Notes: a model not told the origin generated them from the letters alone. A stretch of DNA of 64,000 nt from an uncultured virus (IMG/VR IMGVR_UViG_3300020197_002285) (IMGVR_UViG_3300020197_002285); one strand, 5' to 3'. Positions 1-10,330 are shown, counted from the stretch's first letter. A program made the numbers and translations.

Positions 1-262
1 TACCAAGGCGAGCGGCATTTTTAGAATAAGTACTTTTTCCAGAAGCTATCATGCCGCACAAAACAAATAATTTGGCTATAGTATCCACTAGTTTGGAAGG
101 CATCTATTCTCTCCGTATCAGATAAAATAAATATATCCCAATTATGCAGACCGATCAATATACGATCTTTCAAGAATTTTAATTTTTTTGAGCAGTAAAC
201 AAAAAACCCCGCAGAGTTTTTCAACTCCACGGAGTCTAAAGAGAGCCGCCTAAATTTCTCAC

Positions 263-1492
263 TTATTGATCGTCGGAAAACTTTCGGCAAACGTCGGCAC
301 AATTCGTGCTGCCCAACATAATGGCCTTAGCGATAGCCAAGCCAAAATCCAAAGTGGTGGTGTCGATCTTGAAAGTATCTTCGGGACACTTTCCATCGTT
401 GTCGATAATCTTCGCCAAATAATCGACGTAATGCTCTTGGATTTTCGGCGCACGCAACGTCTGCTTGTTGGTGGGATCGTTACCGGTGACTTTCTTAGCC
501 GCACTGATAACGTGCTTCTTCTTCGTCACTGGTTTCTTGCTGTCACGCTCAGTAACAGTACGATTCACCTTGGTGTCAGCGTCGGCAAGCCTTGTTTTGG
601 CTTCTGTAATCGCTTCCTTATCGCCCTGATGAGTGGCGTCGGCTACAGAGCCAGCGGCAATTTCTTGCTCTTCAAGAGCCGCCGTGACCTTTTTCTGATA
701 CCGTTCCCGGCGACGGGATGCATCCTTTTGCGATTCTGCATTGGCCGTAAGCCGAACTTCCTTGCGAATGTCAATATCTTCGATTTCCATCAAGGATTTC
801 GCAGAATCCCGATCAATACGGTCTTCTATCAAATCCTTGAGGGATTCTTCGTCCAGCTTTGCAATAAGCTGGTCGGTATCACGGAGCCATTTCACATCCT
901 TGTGCATGATTTCCATGATCTTTTCGTCGGATGCGCCCGCCTTCCGCAATTCTTGACAAATGGCAACATCGTGCCCTTCGGTAAAGTTCATGCGAACAGA
1001 ATTCTCTGAATAAGCCAGAGCCAGCGCATCGGTATCGGATTTCGCAGAGAAAATCTGACACAGGACGAATTCGTAAACCTGATCGGCGGGGCGATGGTCA
1101 TACTCGTATTCGCCCTTGTCGTTCAGCTTTGCCGAACTTGCATCCTTGACAACGGTTTTGTCGTCACGCAGCTTATTCACCGCACGGTGACGGCGTTCGC
1201 CGCCCACAAGCTGTGGACGAATTTCGCCCTTTGCAGTTTCGGCCCAACGACATACGAACGGGTACATCAAGGTCCGGTCACGAATATCATTTCGCAGAAT
1301 TTCAGCATGCCGCTTATCCATCAAGTCGGTTTGTCCCCTCTCGGTAAGAGTTCGGGGATTGCTGAAAATATACCCCTTCTGCTCAGGGGCGGGTTCCCGG
1401 TCGGCAACCGTAATGAAGTCGAAGGGAACCAAATAAAGGGCACCATGCAAGTGCTTGATTCTCTCTGGAACATTCACTCCATGCATATCCAT
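263..1492 (-). CDS. ParB/Srx-like N-terminal domain protein with long helical C-terminus
   Basis: ParB-box-like LVGGERRHRA motif, then ENxxR motif and HTH-like segment. Confidence 0.7.
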   Translation of the reverse strand: MDMHGVNVPERIKHLHGALYLVPFDFITVADREPAPEQKGYIFSNPRTLTERGQTDLMDKRHAEILRNDIRDRTLMYPFVCRWAETAKGEIRPQLVGGERRHRAVNKLRDDKTVVKDASSAKLNDKGEYEYDHRPADQVYEFVLCQIFSAKSDTDALALAYSENSVRMNFTEGHDVAICQELRKAGASDEKIMEIMHKDVKWLRDTDQLIAKLDEESLKDLIEDRIDRDSAKSLMEIEDIDIRKEVRLTANAESQKDASRRRERYQKKVTAALEEQEIAAGSVADATHQGDKEAITEAKTRLADADTKVNRTVTERDSKKPVTKKKHVISAAKKVTGNDPTNKQTLRAPKIQEHYVDYLAKIIDNDGKCPEDTFKIDTTTLDFGLAIAKAIMLGSTNCADVCRKFSDDQ

Positions 1493-1519
1493 AGCAAAAC
1501 TCCGGTTATGATTAAATGG

Positions 1520-2179
1520 TCAGAAATCATATGCAGCAACATACCCCGGTCCTTTTTCTGCTGCAAACGGCTTACGGCAACGGATTACGTTGGTCGTTTC
1601 ATATTCTTTATCTCCAAAATTGTCAAGTGCGGAATCCTTTCGCCTCAGAACCAAACCTTCAAGTTTTGGATTAGCAAGGGATTCCTTGAAACGATCAATA
1701 AAATTATAGGTCCAAGTTTGGGCCATCCACAACCTTGGGGAAATTTGTAAAGCTATTCCACCCGGTTCCAAACTTTGAGGATCACCACAGATTCGTTTGA
1801 GGATTTCGAGACGCTCCATCTGGTTTGGGGAACCAAAGAAATAACGCCCTACTTGAAGTACGTCGTACAAGATGATTTCTTTTCCAGAATCAACCTGCTT
1901 GTTCATCAACTCGGAATCGAGCCAATATTCTTTGCCCTTTTCGAGATTTAGAGATGACATAATCTCGTCACGAAAGCCCTTCTGCAAAACGAACTTGCTG
2001 GGACTGTGGGCCTTCCCGTAACGGCTGTAGACAGATAGCTCGCCTTCGGGGGTAACGTGAATTACGTTTCTCGTGCCATTGAATTTCCGCTGAACAACCC
2101 ATTTGCCCTGAGAATCATAATAGGACAGGTCATTCGGGTGAATTTTACTCTTGGGGCGGGGTGGAAAGATCACTTTCAT
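1520..2179 (-). CDS. Stand-alone ATP-dependent ligase/nucleotidyltransferase domain (DNA or RNA ligase-like), no OB domain
   Basis: Motif I QRKFNGTR, III WLDSEL, IIIa ILYDVL, IV EGLVLR, V IRCRK; start reassigned to MKVIF at 2179, downstream of promoter at 2261-2289. Confidence 0.7.
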   Translation of the reverse strand: MKVIFPPRPKSKIHPNDLSYYDSQGKWVVQRKFNGTRNVIHVTPEGELSVYSRYGKAHSPSKFVLQKGFRDEIMSSLNLEKGKEYWLDSELMNKQVDSGKEIILYDVLQVGRYFFGSPNQMERLEILKRICGDPQSLEPGGIALQISPRLWMAQTWTYNFIDRFKESLANPKLEGLVLRRKDSALDNFGDKEYETTNVIRCRKPFAAEKGPGYVAAYDF

Positions 2180-2260
2180 GGTATCTCGCTCGCCACCGTC
2201 AATGAAAGACGGATTCCTAAAAATCCAAAAATCAGGCCGCAGGGCCACCCCAACTAACCG

Positions 2261-2289
2261 ATTATACCACAGGATTTTGGGCGTGTAAA
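2261..2289 (-). promoter_or_regulatory. Sigma70-type promoter with extended -10 (TTTACA-N17-TATAAT, TGTGG before -10)
   Basis: Same motif recurs at 3647, 3758, 10950, 14328, 16997, 22323, 23229, 41820, 44224, 46957, 49229, 50210 (all minus) and 20516-20544 (plus). Confidence 0.8.
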
Positions 2290-2294
2290 GTGGC

Positions 2295-2564
2295 CTATTC
2301 GGGGTTTCTGGCGGTTTTATACTCGACAGCAATCCGATTGTGTAAAGCCAGATTGACAGCAAACACTTCCTTTGAGACAAGTTCTTGGACGACTTGTTTT
2401 AAATGGTAGCTGCTGGTCTTTCCGCTCAAGATAATGAAATTGCCTTCATGAATAATTGCCAAGTTTGTTATATTCCTTCCGCAATAATGATTTTGTATTT
2501 TTGCGAGCAAAGATTCGGTCAGGTCTTTAGACAGACTGGTCGCACCGTCGTCCATGACACACAT
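2295..2564 (-). CDS. BON-domain-like small protein
   Basis: ILSGKTSSYHLKQVVQE...LHNRIAV resembles the single-BON proteins common in planctomycetes. Confidence 0.6.
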   Translation of the reverse strand: MCVMDDGATSLSKDLTESLLAKIQNHYCGRNITNLAIIHEGNFIILSGKTSSYHLKQVVQELVSKEVFAVNLALHNRIAVEYKTARNPE

Positions 2565-2573
2565 CCTCCTGTT

Positions 2574-3245
2574 TTATTTTTCGGAAACACATATAAATCT
2601 CGACCGGCAATTCATGCACACAATATTGAGTGCGTTAATGCCATCTGGTCTGCGGCCTGAACGGATCGAGTTATGCGGTGGCGGACAATTACAAATATAT
2701 TTCAAAAAGAAAGTCTTAGCTGGCTTAGAGCCATCAGCCCGCTTTTTAATTTCTTCTTGAGTTTTCGCAATCAAGGTTTTGTCGAAAAAAATCTGCCCGA
2801 ATACGTCATCCCTTTTCTGAATTGTTGCATCATCGGGTTTGCGAATAAATTCTTTTTCGACATTTCGGGGCGGAACCTCCGAAGTAATAGACCATCCCTG
2901 AGATTTGTGCTTGATTACGACCAAGCCAACAGATAGTGCCACCGGCAAGAAATATTTGATGGTGTGATACTGATTTGCAGTAACATCCTCAATCCCTTTC
3001 TGATGATTAGAGACGTGAACCATTTCATGCAGAAGTTTCGGAAGAATATCCGCCCGGTCCAACTTCGATAATTCACCACCAATTACAATGGCATTTTCTT
3101 CATGCACAAACTTGATGGTAAATTTTCTTTTCGGCAAAACCGAAATATTTACTGGAACAAGTGTACCCCGAAAAAGACCTTTGTTGATAGTTTGATAAGC
3201 CTCCTGCATTTCTAAACAGAATAAGGCTTCGGGTCTATTTCGCAT
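2574..3245 (-). CDS. SprT-like zinc metalloprotease with C-terminal Zn ribbon
   Basis: LLHEMVH plus downstream YH; KYICNC...CMNC. Confidence 0.65.
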   Translation of the reverse strand: MRNRPEALFCLEMQEAYQTINKGLFRGTLVPVNISVLPKRKFTIKFVHEENAIVIGGELSKLDRADILPKLLHEMVHVSNHQKGIEDVTANQYHTIKYFLPVALSVGLVVIKHKSQGWSITSEVPPRNVEKEFIRKPDDATIQKRDDVFGQIFFDKTLIAKTQEEIKKRADGSKPAKTFFLKYICNCPPPHNSIRSGRRPDGINALNIVCMNCRSRFICVSEK

Positions 3246-3400
3246 TTAGTATCTTCCGGATCGGGGAGGTCTTTCTTAGGAATGTTGCCCTCAAAAGCAA
3301 CCTCCCCGCAGTTTTCACAAATGAGGTTACAGCCGTCGAATTTATATCCCTCGTCAAAAGGGATGGGGGTTCGACACTTACGGCATGTTCTTGGTTCCAT
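3212..3400 (-). CDS. Small zinc-ribbon protein
   Basis: CRKC...CENC; overlaps flanking genes in operon fashion. Confidence 0.5.
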   Translation of the reverse strand: MEPRTCRKCRTPIPFDEGYKFDGCNLICENCGEVAFEGNIPKKDLPDPEDTKCEIDPKPYSV

Positions 3401-3581
3401 CTTTTATTTTTTCTTTTTGAATTTCTTCGTACACTTCTTTCCTGTGAACGGAAATTTTCTGGTCGGCCTGAATGCCAAGGCGAACCTTATCCCATCTGAT
3501 TTCAATTACGGTGAGGATGATTTGATCCTCGCCCTCGCCCAGAACAATAGACTCATCCTTCTTGCGTGAAAGTACCAACAT
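3378..3581 (-). CDS. csrA: Carbon storage regulator CsrA/RsmA
   Basis: MLVLSRKKDESIVLG...VRLGIQA...VHRKEVY; GGAGGAG RBS upstream. Confidence 0.92.
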   Translation of the reverse strand: MLVLSRKKDESIVLGEGEDQIILTVIEIRWDKVRLGIQADQKISVHRKEVYEEIQKEKIKDGTKNMP

Positions 3582-3621
3582 GACAACTCCTCCTCCATGA
3601 GAAACTTTGAGAAACTTTGAG

Positions 3622-3820
3622 AAACTTTTGATCGCACAACTCGTTCATTTTACCACAGGATTTCGAATTTCGCAAGTCGGGATTCTGAACTGTTGGCTAG
3701 AGCGGCCCCTCATCCTTCTTGCGTGAAAGTACAAACTTTTGATCGCACAACTCGTTCATTTTACCACAGGATTTCGAATTTCGCAAGTCGGGATTCTGAA
3801 CTGTTGGCTAGAGCGGCCCC
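3622..3820. repeat. 88-bp direct repeat (3622-3709, 3733-3820) containing the csrA promoter, separated by a copy of part of the csrA 5' coding sequence
   Basis: Direct sequence comparison; 3709-3732 equals 3552-3575. Confidence 0.9.
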
Positions 3821-3902
3821 GCACACCGACATTTAATCCACGATCTACCATAACCACCCTGTCCATTTGCAAGGGCAGTTCCGATGACGTGATTTTCGAT
3901 TG

Positions 3903-3941
3903 AAAAAAAAGAGCAATCGCCACCAGTTATAGCGATTGCTC
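3903..3941 (-). terminator. Rho-independent terminator
   Basis: GAGCAATCGC/GCGATTGCTC hairpin followed by a U-tract on the minus strand. Confidence 0.7.
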
Positions 3942-4199
3942 TCACTTCATTACTCTCACTTCATTGCTCTTATGGAGCGAAGAACTAAGTTTAGTCTAAG
4001 TTTAGTTTAGAAGAGGGATTGAATACAAACAGTTATTGCCGGTACAAATGCCCCACGTCCGGCAAAGCAAAGAGAGTTAATCTTTGGGCACTTAGGATAA
4101 AAAAATTTCCAAGTTACCGTTGTGTATGTTCCATCTGATTTTTTACATCTCATGAGTATATCCTCCATAAAGTTGATTGACCAATCACTGTTATTTATC

Positions 4200-5012
4200 C
4201 TAACCACTGTTATTTTTAGTCAAATTCATCTTTGTTTCAAAATCATGACGTGTTTTTCGCAACAATTCCTGATCCTTCTCGTCGAGACCCCCCAAAGTGC
4301 CACCGCCTTCATGTTGAACCCAACTAGACCCGCATATTGCTTGTAAGAAACCGTGCCTTCTCATTCTAATCGCAAATTCCTGTGCCTCGCACCCAGCCAA
4401 AGGAAATTCCTTAAAGATTCCGATATGCCGGAATAAATCTCTGTGACACAAGGCACAATAAAGGGGCAAATATTGATCTTCGGTCAATATAAAGTCTTCA
4501 CAAGGATTTTCCCGCTTATTGATTTTCTTTTCTTCAAAAAGAGCTTGGAGCGAATCGCCGGGATTATTGGTTCGGGGAGAAATCATTTTGACCCCATTGT
4601 TTTTTAATTTCTGCATACTTGTGCCAAGGGAGGCCAACCAAGCTGAACCTTCGACAATCACATCTGAATGCACAATTAAAACCCAAGGAATCCATTCATT
4701 TTTTGGATTTTGTATCACGCTGTTAAGTGACGATCCAAACCCTTCCGATTTGTCATGTCGCATACATACAACACCCGGCATCTTAGATTTATTTATTTCA
4801 ATAATGAAAGAGTCATTTTCTGACCCGTCATCTATTAGTGTGATTTGATAACGATTTGTAGATACCGTCTTAAAGATCGACTCCATCAATGCAGTGACAG
4901 AGCTATGCTTTCCACGAAAAGGGATGATAATTTCTACACAAGACATTTTCCGTGGATCAAATGTCGCAAAATTGTTCATTTTCATGTCACATTCTTTCCA
5001 AACTTTTGACAT
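4200..5012 (-). CDS. Glycosyltransferase family 2
   Basis: IIIPF, LIDDGS, GFGSSLN, VHSD, F..R....GF, VQHEGGGT motifs. Confidence 0.8.
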   Translation of the reverse strand: MSKVWKECDMKMNNFATFDPRKMSCVEIIIPFRGKHSSVTALMESIFKTVSTNRYQITLIDDGSENDSFIIEINKSKMPGVVCMRHDKSEGFGSSLNSVIQNPKNEWIPWVLIVHSDVIVEGSAWLASLGTSMQKLKNNGVKMISPRTNNPGDSLQALFEEKKINKRENPCEDFILTEDQYLPLYCALCHRDLFRHIGIFKEFPLAGCEAQEFAIRMRRHGFLQAICGSSWVQHEGGGTLGGLDEKDQELLRKTRHDFETKMNLTKNNSG

Positions 5013-5064
5013 TATTCCCCCACCCTAAATAACTATAATAGTAGAGAATAGGAAAGTATAAAAA

Positions 5065-5925
5065 ATGTACCACACAAACACAAATCAAATTAGAGAATAT
5101 CTTGCTGCCTTGGAACATATGAAGGGCTTTTTCAACAAACTTTTAGAAGAGGAAAAAGCTACACTTTCTGGACCGGCCAGCGAACAAGAAAAACTTGCCG
5201 AATTAACCGATTTGCGAATGTTGACAAAATCGGACTTATGGCCCGCTGCTGTGCCAGAAAAATTGATTTCAGATGCAGAAAGTCAAAATGCCAGAGCTAT
5301 GGGTGTACTCCAAACAATAAATCTTCCCCTTGCTGGCAAAAAATTCCTTGACTTTGGTTGTGGTGATGGGCACACAGTTGAAATCGCAAAAGAAATATTC
5401 GGGGCAACAGCTTTTGGATACGATACGAAAACCTTTGAGTGGAACAATGAAAATATCACAAGCAATTTCGATGTAATATCCAAAAATGGCCCATATGATG
5501 TTATTTTGCTGTATGATGTTCTGGATCATGCAGAAGAACCGGAAACCATACTAAAAACATGCAAACAAATATTGAGTCCAGATGGTAAAATTTGTGTTCG
5601 TGTCCATCCTTGGTTCTCTCGTCACGGAACCCACATTTATAAACAACTAAACAAAGCATATTTGCAGCTTGTATTCAACGACGACGAACTCGCCACCCTC
5701 GGCGTAATACAAGAGAAAGTAAACAAAATCAGAAATGTCGAAACCTACAAAGAATGGTTCAAAAAAGCAGGCTTCATGATTGTTTCGGAAAATTTCACCA
5801 AAAAAAATATTGAATTATTTTTCACACATAATCCCGCTATTTTGCGGAGAATAAAAGCCAATTTCAACAACGAATTTCCAAGAACTATGTTAGAAATTCA
5901 ATTTATTGATCTGATTTTAGTCTAA
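5065..5925 (+). CDS. Class I SAM-dependent methyltransferase
   Basis: FLDFGCGDG, YDVILLYDVLDH, LSPDG. Confidence 0.85.
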   Translation: MYHTNTNQIREYLAALEHMKGFFNKLLEEEKATLSGPASEQEKLAELTDLRMLTKSDLWPAAVPEKLISDAESQNARAMGVLQTINLPLAGKKFLDFGCGDGHTVEIAKEIFGATAFGYDTKTFEWNNENITSNFDVISKNGPYDVILLYDVLDHAEEPETILKTCKQILSPDGKICVRVHPWFSRHGTHIYKQLNKAYLQLVFNDDELATLGVIQEKVNKIRNVETYKEWFKKAGFMIVSENFTKKNIELFFTHNPAILRRIKANFNNEFPRTMLEIQFIDLILV

Positions 5926-6472
5926 GATATTCATCCTTCGACAAAGCCTTTAAGTCTTTATCTGAAAGACTATATGACGCTCTAACAAAGGGGTTAGCAA
6001 TTAACGCAGCGGTCCAAAGGTGTGGCCATTGGATACCAAAATCATCGTATCTTAAATTAAATTCATTGTCGGGTTGCCACAAATCAGCCTGACAATAAAC
6101 CACCACAGAAGATTCTAATGCAAGAAACCCGTGGGCACAGCCACCGGGCACAAAGAATTGCTTTGGCTTATTGCCTTCAAGAATTACATAAGTATGCTTA
6201 AGATAAGTAGACGAACCTTCTCGCATATCCACACAAACATCAAATATCCTGCCACTAATACAGGTTATCAATTTTGCATAGGGAGCAAGATGCAAACCCC
6301 TCAGCACATTCTTTTCACTGAAAGATGTGTTGACCTGTTTCCACTTAATTCTTGATTCTGGGAAATATGTGTCGCAATTATACAATTCTTGAAAAAAGCC
6401 CCGTGAATCGAAGTGACGATCACATTCGACCACGAGACTTCCTTCAACTTCATTTGTTGAAAATTTAACCAT
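5903..6472 (-). CDS. rmlC: dTDP-4-dehydrorhamnose 3,5-epimerase
   Basis: DSRGFF, NVLRGLH, FDVCVDMR, VPGGCAHGF, LSDKD. Confidence 0.9.
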   Translation of the reverse strand: MVKFSTNEVEGSLVVECDRHFDSRGFFQELYNCDTYFPESRIKWKQVNTSFSEKNVLRGLHLAPYAKLITCISGRIFDVCVDMREGSSTYLKHTYVILEGNKPKQFFVPGGCAHGFLALESSVVVYCQADLWQPDNEFNLRYDDFGIQWPHLWTAALIANPFVRASYSLSDKDLKALSKDEYLRLKSDQ

Positions 6473-6613
6473 GTAGGCTCACTTTTCCAATGCTATATAA
6501 TAGTATGACAAGGGAAGAATACCAACGCAGGCGTAAATTGGGACTATGAAGCTCTTAGGGAAATCAAGGCTATCTTGTCTCGAAATGATATTTAACATTA
6601 AAAGTCGCCGTAT

Positions 6614-7243
6614 TTAGGAATTTTCATTTTGGTCATTTTCAAGCTCGACTAACCAGTACGAAGCACCTAAAAAACTTTCCCAATCTTTTACTCGGTAGTC
6701 GCCCTTGAACAAGTTGTACTTCGGCTTCTGAGGATTTTTCAACAACTTCATTCTAGCCCGTTCCGGTGTACGGTCGGCCTTCTTGGAGTTGCAGCCAACA
6801 CACGCCAAGACACAGTTTTCCCAAGTGGTTAGACCACCCTGAGAACGTGGCAAAACGTGGTCGATGGTCAACTCTTCCGAACCCGGCTTGCAACCACAGT
6901 ATTGACAGGTGTAGTTGTCACGCTTGTATACTGTCCGACGACAGTAGTGAATCTTCTGGTGTGGTAACTTGTCATACTTAGTCAACTGAATAACAGTCGG
7001 GATACGGAAGATGGCATTTACCGACAACATGCCCTCTTCGCCTTCTTTAGGCTTCATGGCGGACCAATCAGCCCAAGTCATTGTAGCAAAGTCGTTTGCA
7101 CAGTCGATAATGCGAGCCTTGGGTTCTCCGTTGTGATACTCAGAGAATACCTTATTCAAGGCACGTTCCAGCGAGACGATGCCCACTGGACACCACGACT
7201 TGTTCAAAACCAATACTTTCTTCTGTGCTAACGACATAATCAT
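6614..7243 (-). CDS. HNH endonuclease (McrA-like)
   Basis: VLVLNKSW, RDNYTCQYCG, TIDHVLPRSQGG..TWENCVLAC..CN..K. Confidence 0.9.
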   Translation of the reverse strand: MIMSLAQKKVLVLNKSWCPVGIVSLERALNKVFSEYHNGEPKARIIDCANDFATMTWADWSAMKPKEGEEGMLSVNAIFRIPTVIQLTKYDKLPHQKIHYCRRTVYKRDNYTCQYCGCKPGSEELTIDHVLPRSQGGLTTWENCVLACVGCNSKKADRTPERARMKLLKNPQKPKYNLFKGDYRVKDWESFLGASYWLVELENDQNENS

Positions 7244-7487
7244 CCTTCATTTGGGATTCCTCCATTATTTATAATTTGCAGGCGATTTTAGGCTAACCAA
7301 AATTAGCAAGCTAGTAAGCGAATGTGAACACTCCTGCAATCATCATGCAGTACACTAACGGAAAGTAAGACACGGGACCGCCGAAAAGGTCCACCCGTCT
7401 GGGTAATGATAAAGTATCTGTTGGCATCGGCAGCTTTCCCATCAAAGGTCCAACGAAATTTTCTCTTTATATTTTCAAGTCCAAGAT

Positions 7488-7700
7488 TCATTCTTCTTCA
7501 TCAGTAGGAGGAACCAAATTAAATGCTTTAGTAAAAAGAATTTGCTGCATTGACTTGACCAATTCTAACGCTTCTGGGCGTTGAAATCCAGCCTGACATA
7601 GACTGGCATGATAGGTTGCAAGCATAGAAGCGAAGGGCGTAAGATGTGCCCCGGCTTGCTCGAAAGCAGAAAGTGCTTTTAAATACTCATTTTCTTCCAT
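7488..7700 (-). CDS. Hypothetical protein
   Basis: ORF with AAGGAG RBS. Confidence 0.6.
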   Translation of the reverse strand: MEENEYLKALSAFEQAGAHLTPFASMLATYHASLCQAGFQRPEALELVKSMQQILFTKAFNLVPPTDEEE

Positions 7701-7897
7701 ATTATGCTCCTTTAATATATTGGGCAGTATAATAACGTTACTTCCCGTAAGCCCTACGGTAGAGTCGTTTAGTTAAACAGGGTGACTAACCGTAAGTATT
7801 ATAGTGTATGATACCTAATTATGGCAGCTTACATAAAATAAGGCCGGGGGTGGGGAATGGATTCCCGTAAGGCGTCCCCCCGGCCTTTCTTTTTATT

Positions 7898-9481
7898 TCA
7901 ATGCTTCGGAAACAAAGGTGGATATTTGCCATCAACAAGGAAAGCCTTGTTCACAGAAACTCCACGCTCAAACCCTGTAAGATTGTTTTCAGCGAAGCTA
8001 GTCAGAGAACCGTTAGTCGAAATGAATTGGAAAGAATTGTAGATTTTGTCAGCGGTTTCTGGCAAAAAGGGAATAAGAAGGCTGGAAATGATTCTAAGGC
8101 CGGATACCAAATTCCTCAATACAGAGAAACAAGCCTCTGGATCATTGTTGGCCAATTCCCAAGGTTTTTTGACCTCAACGTACTTGTTACAACTTTTGAC
8201 AATATTCCAAATCAATTCAAGACATTCCTTGTAACGATAGCTCTCGATGAAATGCGTGTACTGAGCGAGAGCTTCGGGACCAAACCAAATTCGGGCGTCA
8301 GAATCAATTGGCCTGGTTGGCAATTTGCCATCATAATTTTTGTTGACCAAAGAAACGACTCGCCCAACAAGATTACCCAATTCATTGGCCAAGTCTGCTT
8401 TGTAGACTTCATCAAAATGCTTGAGATTGTATTCTCCATCTTCATGGAAAGAACACTTTGAAAGGAAGTAGTACCGATAAGCATCGGAACCATACTTATC
8501 AATCAAATCTACAGGACTAACATAAGTCCCACTTTTGCTAACCTTATTTAGTGTGTTGTTCTCTCTTTGATAAATAAATCCGTGAGCAAACACACTTTGA
8601 GGGAAACGAATCTTCTTCCTTGCAGAAGGCGATTCATTGTAAGCCTTAATCATCGCTGGGAAAAGAACACAGTGGAAACGAGTAATGTCTTTCCCAATGA
8701 AATGCACCGTAGAAGATTCAGTCGGGAAGTAAAATGCGCCCCACCACTTATCAAACTTGTCCCAATCGGTGCCAAACCCAACGCCGGTCAAATAATTCAA
8801 TAAAGCGTCGAACCAGACATAAATTACTTGATCGTTATCCCAAGGGATAGGAATGCCCCATCCTTGGTTTTTACGACTGATCGAAATATCCTGCAAATCA
8901 TTTTCAACAAAGTTCTTGATTTCATTGTAGCGAGACTCTGGTTGAATATCAAGAAATACCGTTATGAACGGCTTCGGATAAATCAAATCCAAAACAAATT
9001 GCTTGAAGGCTGACAGCTTAAAAAAGTAATTCTCTTCTTCTTTTTGCACAATTTGCTTTGGGTGATTCTGACAAATTCCATCAGTCTTGTACTCTTCACA
9101 GCCTTCACAATAAAACCCCTTGAAAGGCTTCTTGTAAATGAAGCCAGCGTCATTCACAGCCGAGATAAATTGTTGAACGCCAATCCTATGACGTTCCTCA
9201 CTGGTTTGAATAAAGTCATCGTAAGAAATGTTGAGTCGCTTCCACACTTCCTTGAATGACTTGACCAAATCATCAACATATTGTTGGACCGGCACGCCAA
9301 GTTCGTTGGCCTTTTTGACAACCTTGACGGTATTCTCGTCGTTACCACCAAGGAAATAAACTTGCTCGCCCTTGTACCGCCAATAACGTGCGGCTACGTC
9401 CGCACCGATCTTCTCGAATGCAGTACCGATATGAGGAAGAGCGTTAGGATAGTCGATAGCAGTTGTGATGAATTTGGTCAT
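7898..9481 (-). CDS. metG: Methionyl-tRNA synthetase (class I, no C-terminal dimerisation domain)
   Basis: TTAIDYPN..HIGT, YCEGC Zn knuckle, YVWFDALLNY, GKDITRFH, KVSKS, DLANELGNLVGR, P..FPK. Confidence 0.93.
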   Translation of the reverse strand: MTKFITTAIDYPNALPHIGTAFEKIGADVAARYWRYKGEQVYFLGGNDENTVKVVKKANELGVPVQQYVDDLVKSFKEVWKRLNISYDDFIQTSEERHRIGVQQFISAVNDAGFIYKKPFKGFYCEGCEEYKTDGICQNHPKQIVQKEEENYFFKLSAFKQFVLDLIYPKPFITVFLDIQPESRYNEIKNFVENDLQDISISRKNQGWGIPIPWDNDQVIYVWFDALLNYLTGVGFGTDWDKFDKWWGAFYFPTESSTVHFIGKDITRFHCVLFPAMIKAYNESPSARKKIRFPQSVFAHGFIYQRENNTLNKVSKSGTYVSPVDLIDKYGSDAYRYYFLSKCSFHEDGEYNLKHFDEVYKADLANELGNLVGRVVSLVNKNYDGKLPTRPIDSDARIWFGPEALAQYTHFIESYRYKECLELIWNIVKSCNKYVEVKKPWELANNDPEACFSVLRNLVSGLRIISSLLIPFLPETADKIYNSFQFISTNGSLTSFAENNLTGFERGVSVNKAFLVDGKYPPLFPKH

Positions 9482-9489
9482 TATGCTGC

Positions 9490-9852
9490 CTATTCTTTGT
9501 CAATAATGTGGAAAAAGTGTTTCATACTTGGCCTACGTTGATCGTCAGGTCCACGACAGAAATCTAAATCACCAAAAAACTCTTGGATTATATTGCCTGC
9601 CTTGTAGACGATTTCCTCAACCATCTGGGACTCGGTCTTATCTTTGCAATAGGCCATAATCGGGGCAAGCGAAACATGAATTTGTTGTAGAACGCCCAAG
9701 TCCTTCACAGACGCAAGTAAGTGAATACCTTCCTTTTGATTTAAAAAACTGCAACTCTGGTCTTCCAGACCCGGAAAAGCCATATTCAAAAACACCGGCA
9801 ACTTAGCCCAACCTTCCACTTCCTGTTTACAATAAACAGAAATCGGCTTCAT
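9490..9852 (-). CDS. Hypothetical protein
   Basis: ORF in co-oriented run. Confidence 0.55.
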   Translation of the reverse strand: MKPISVYCKQEVEGWAKLPVFLNMAFPGLEDQSCSFLNQKEGIHLLASVKDLGVLQQIHVSLAPIMAYCKDKTESQMVEEIVYKAGNIIQEFFGDLDFCRGPDDQRRPSMKHFFHIIDKE

Positions 9853-9859
9853 GATTAGC

Positions 9860-10210
9860 TCACTTCAAGTGTTGGATTGAGAAGGGTGAATCTTCCCCTG
9901 CTGTATGAAACTTTTTATCGGGATTCGGACCCCATAATTTCTCAATGGGGAATGGTGCTTTCACGCCACTATTCGGATTCTTCGGGGGTAATGGGCCGGG
10001 TATATGCTTTATAGAAAATGGTGCCCCATCGCCATTCTTGTAAAGTCGCTCATCCATTGTAATATAAAGCATGGCGTCCGCAGCTTGTGGAATCCAATCG
10101 GCAGCGGGGTAAAGCCCGATGCCACCGTAACCCAGCGGGTAAAGTCCTGTTTTTGACGCTGTACGTCTTTCTTCGTTGATTAAATAGTCTTTGAACCCGG
10201 TGAATTTCAT
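9860..10210 (-). CDS. Hypothetical late protein with FKDYLINE N-terminal motif
   Basis: Start reassigned to MKFTG; TAAATA at 10216-10221. Confidence 0.6.
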   Translation of the reverse strand: MKFTGFKDYLINEERRTASKTGLYPLGYGGIGLYPAADWIPQAADAMLYITMDERLYKNGDGAPFSIKHIPGPLPPKNPNSGVKAPFPIEKLWGPNPDKKFHTAGEDSPFSIQHLK

Positions 10211-10330
10211 ATCTTTATTTAGTGGATGAATCGCATATTCATAAAGGTTAACATTACAAATACAAATATTGATTGAGCCAAAAATAAAACCATGACCAAT
10301 ATCAACAAAAGAAGCGGAATCCAATCGAAA

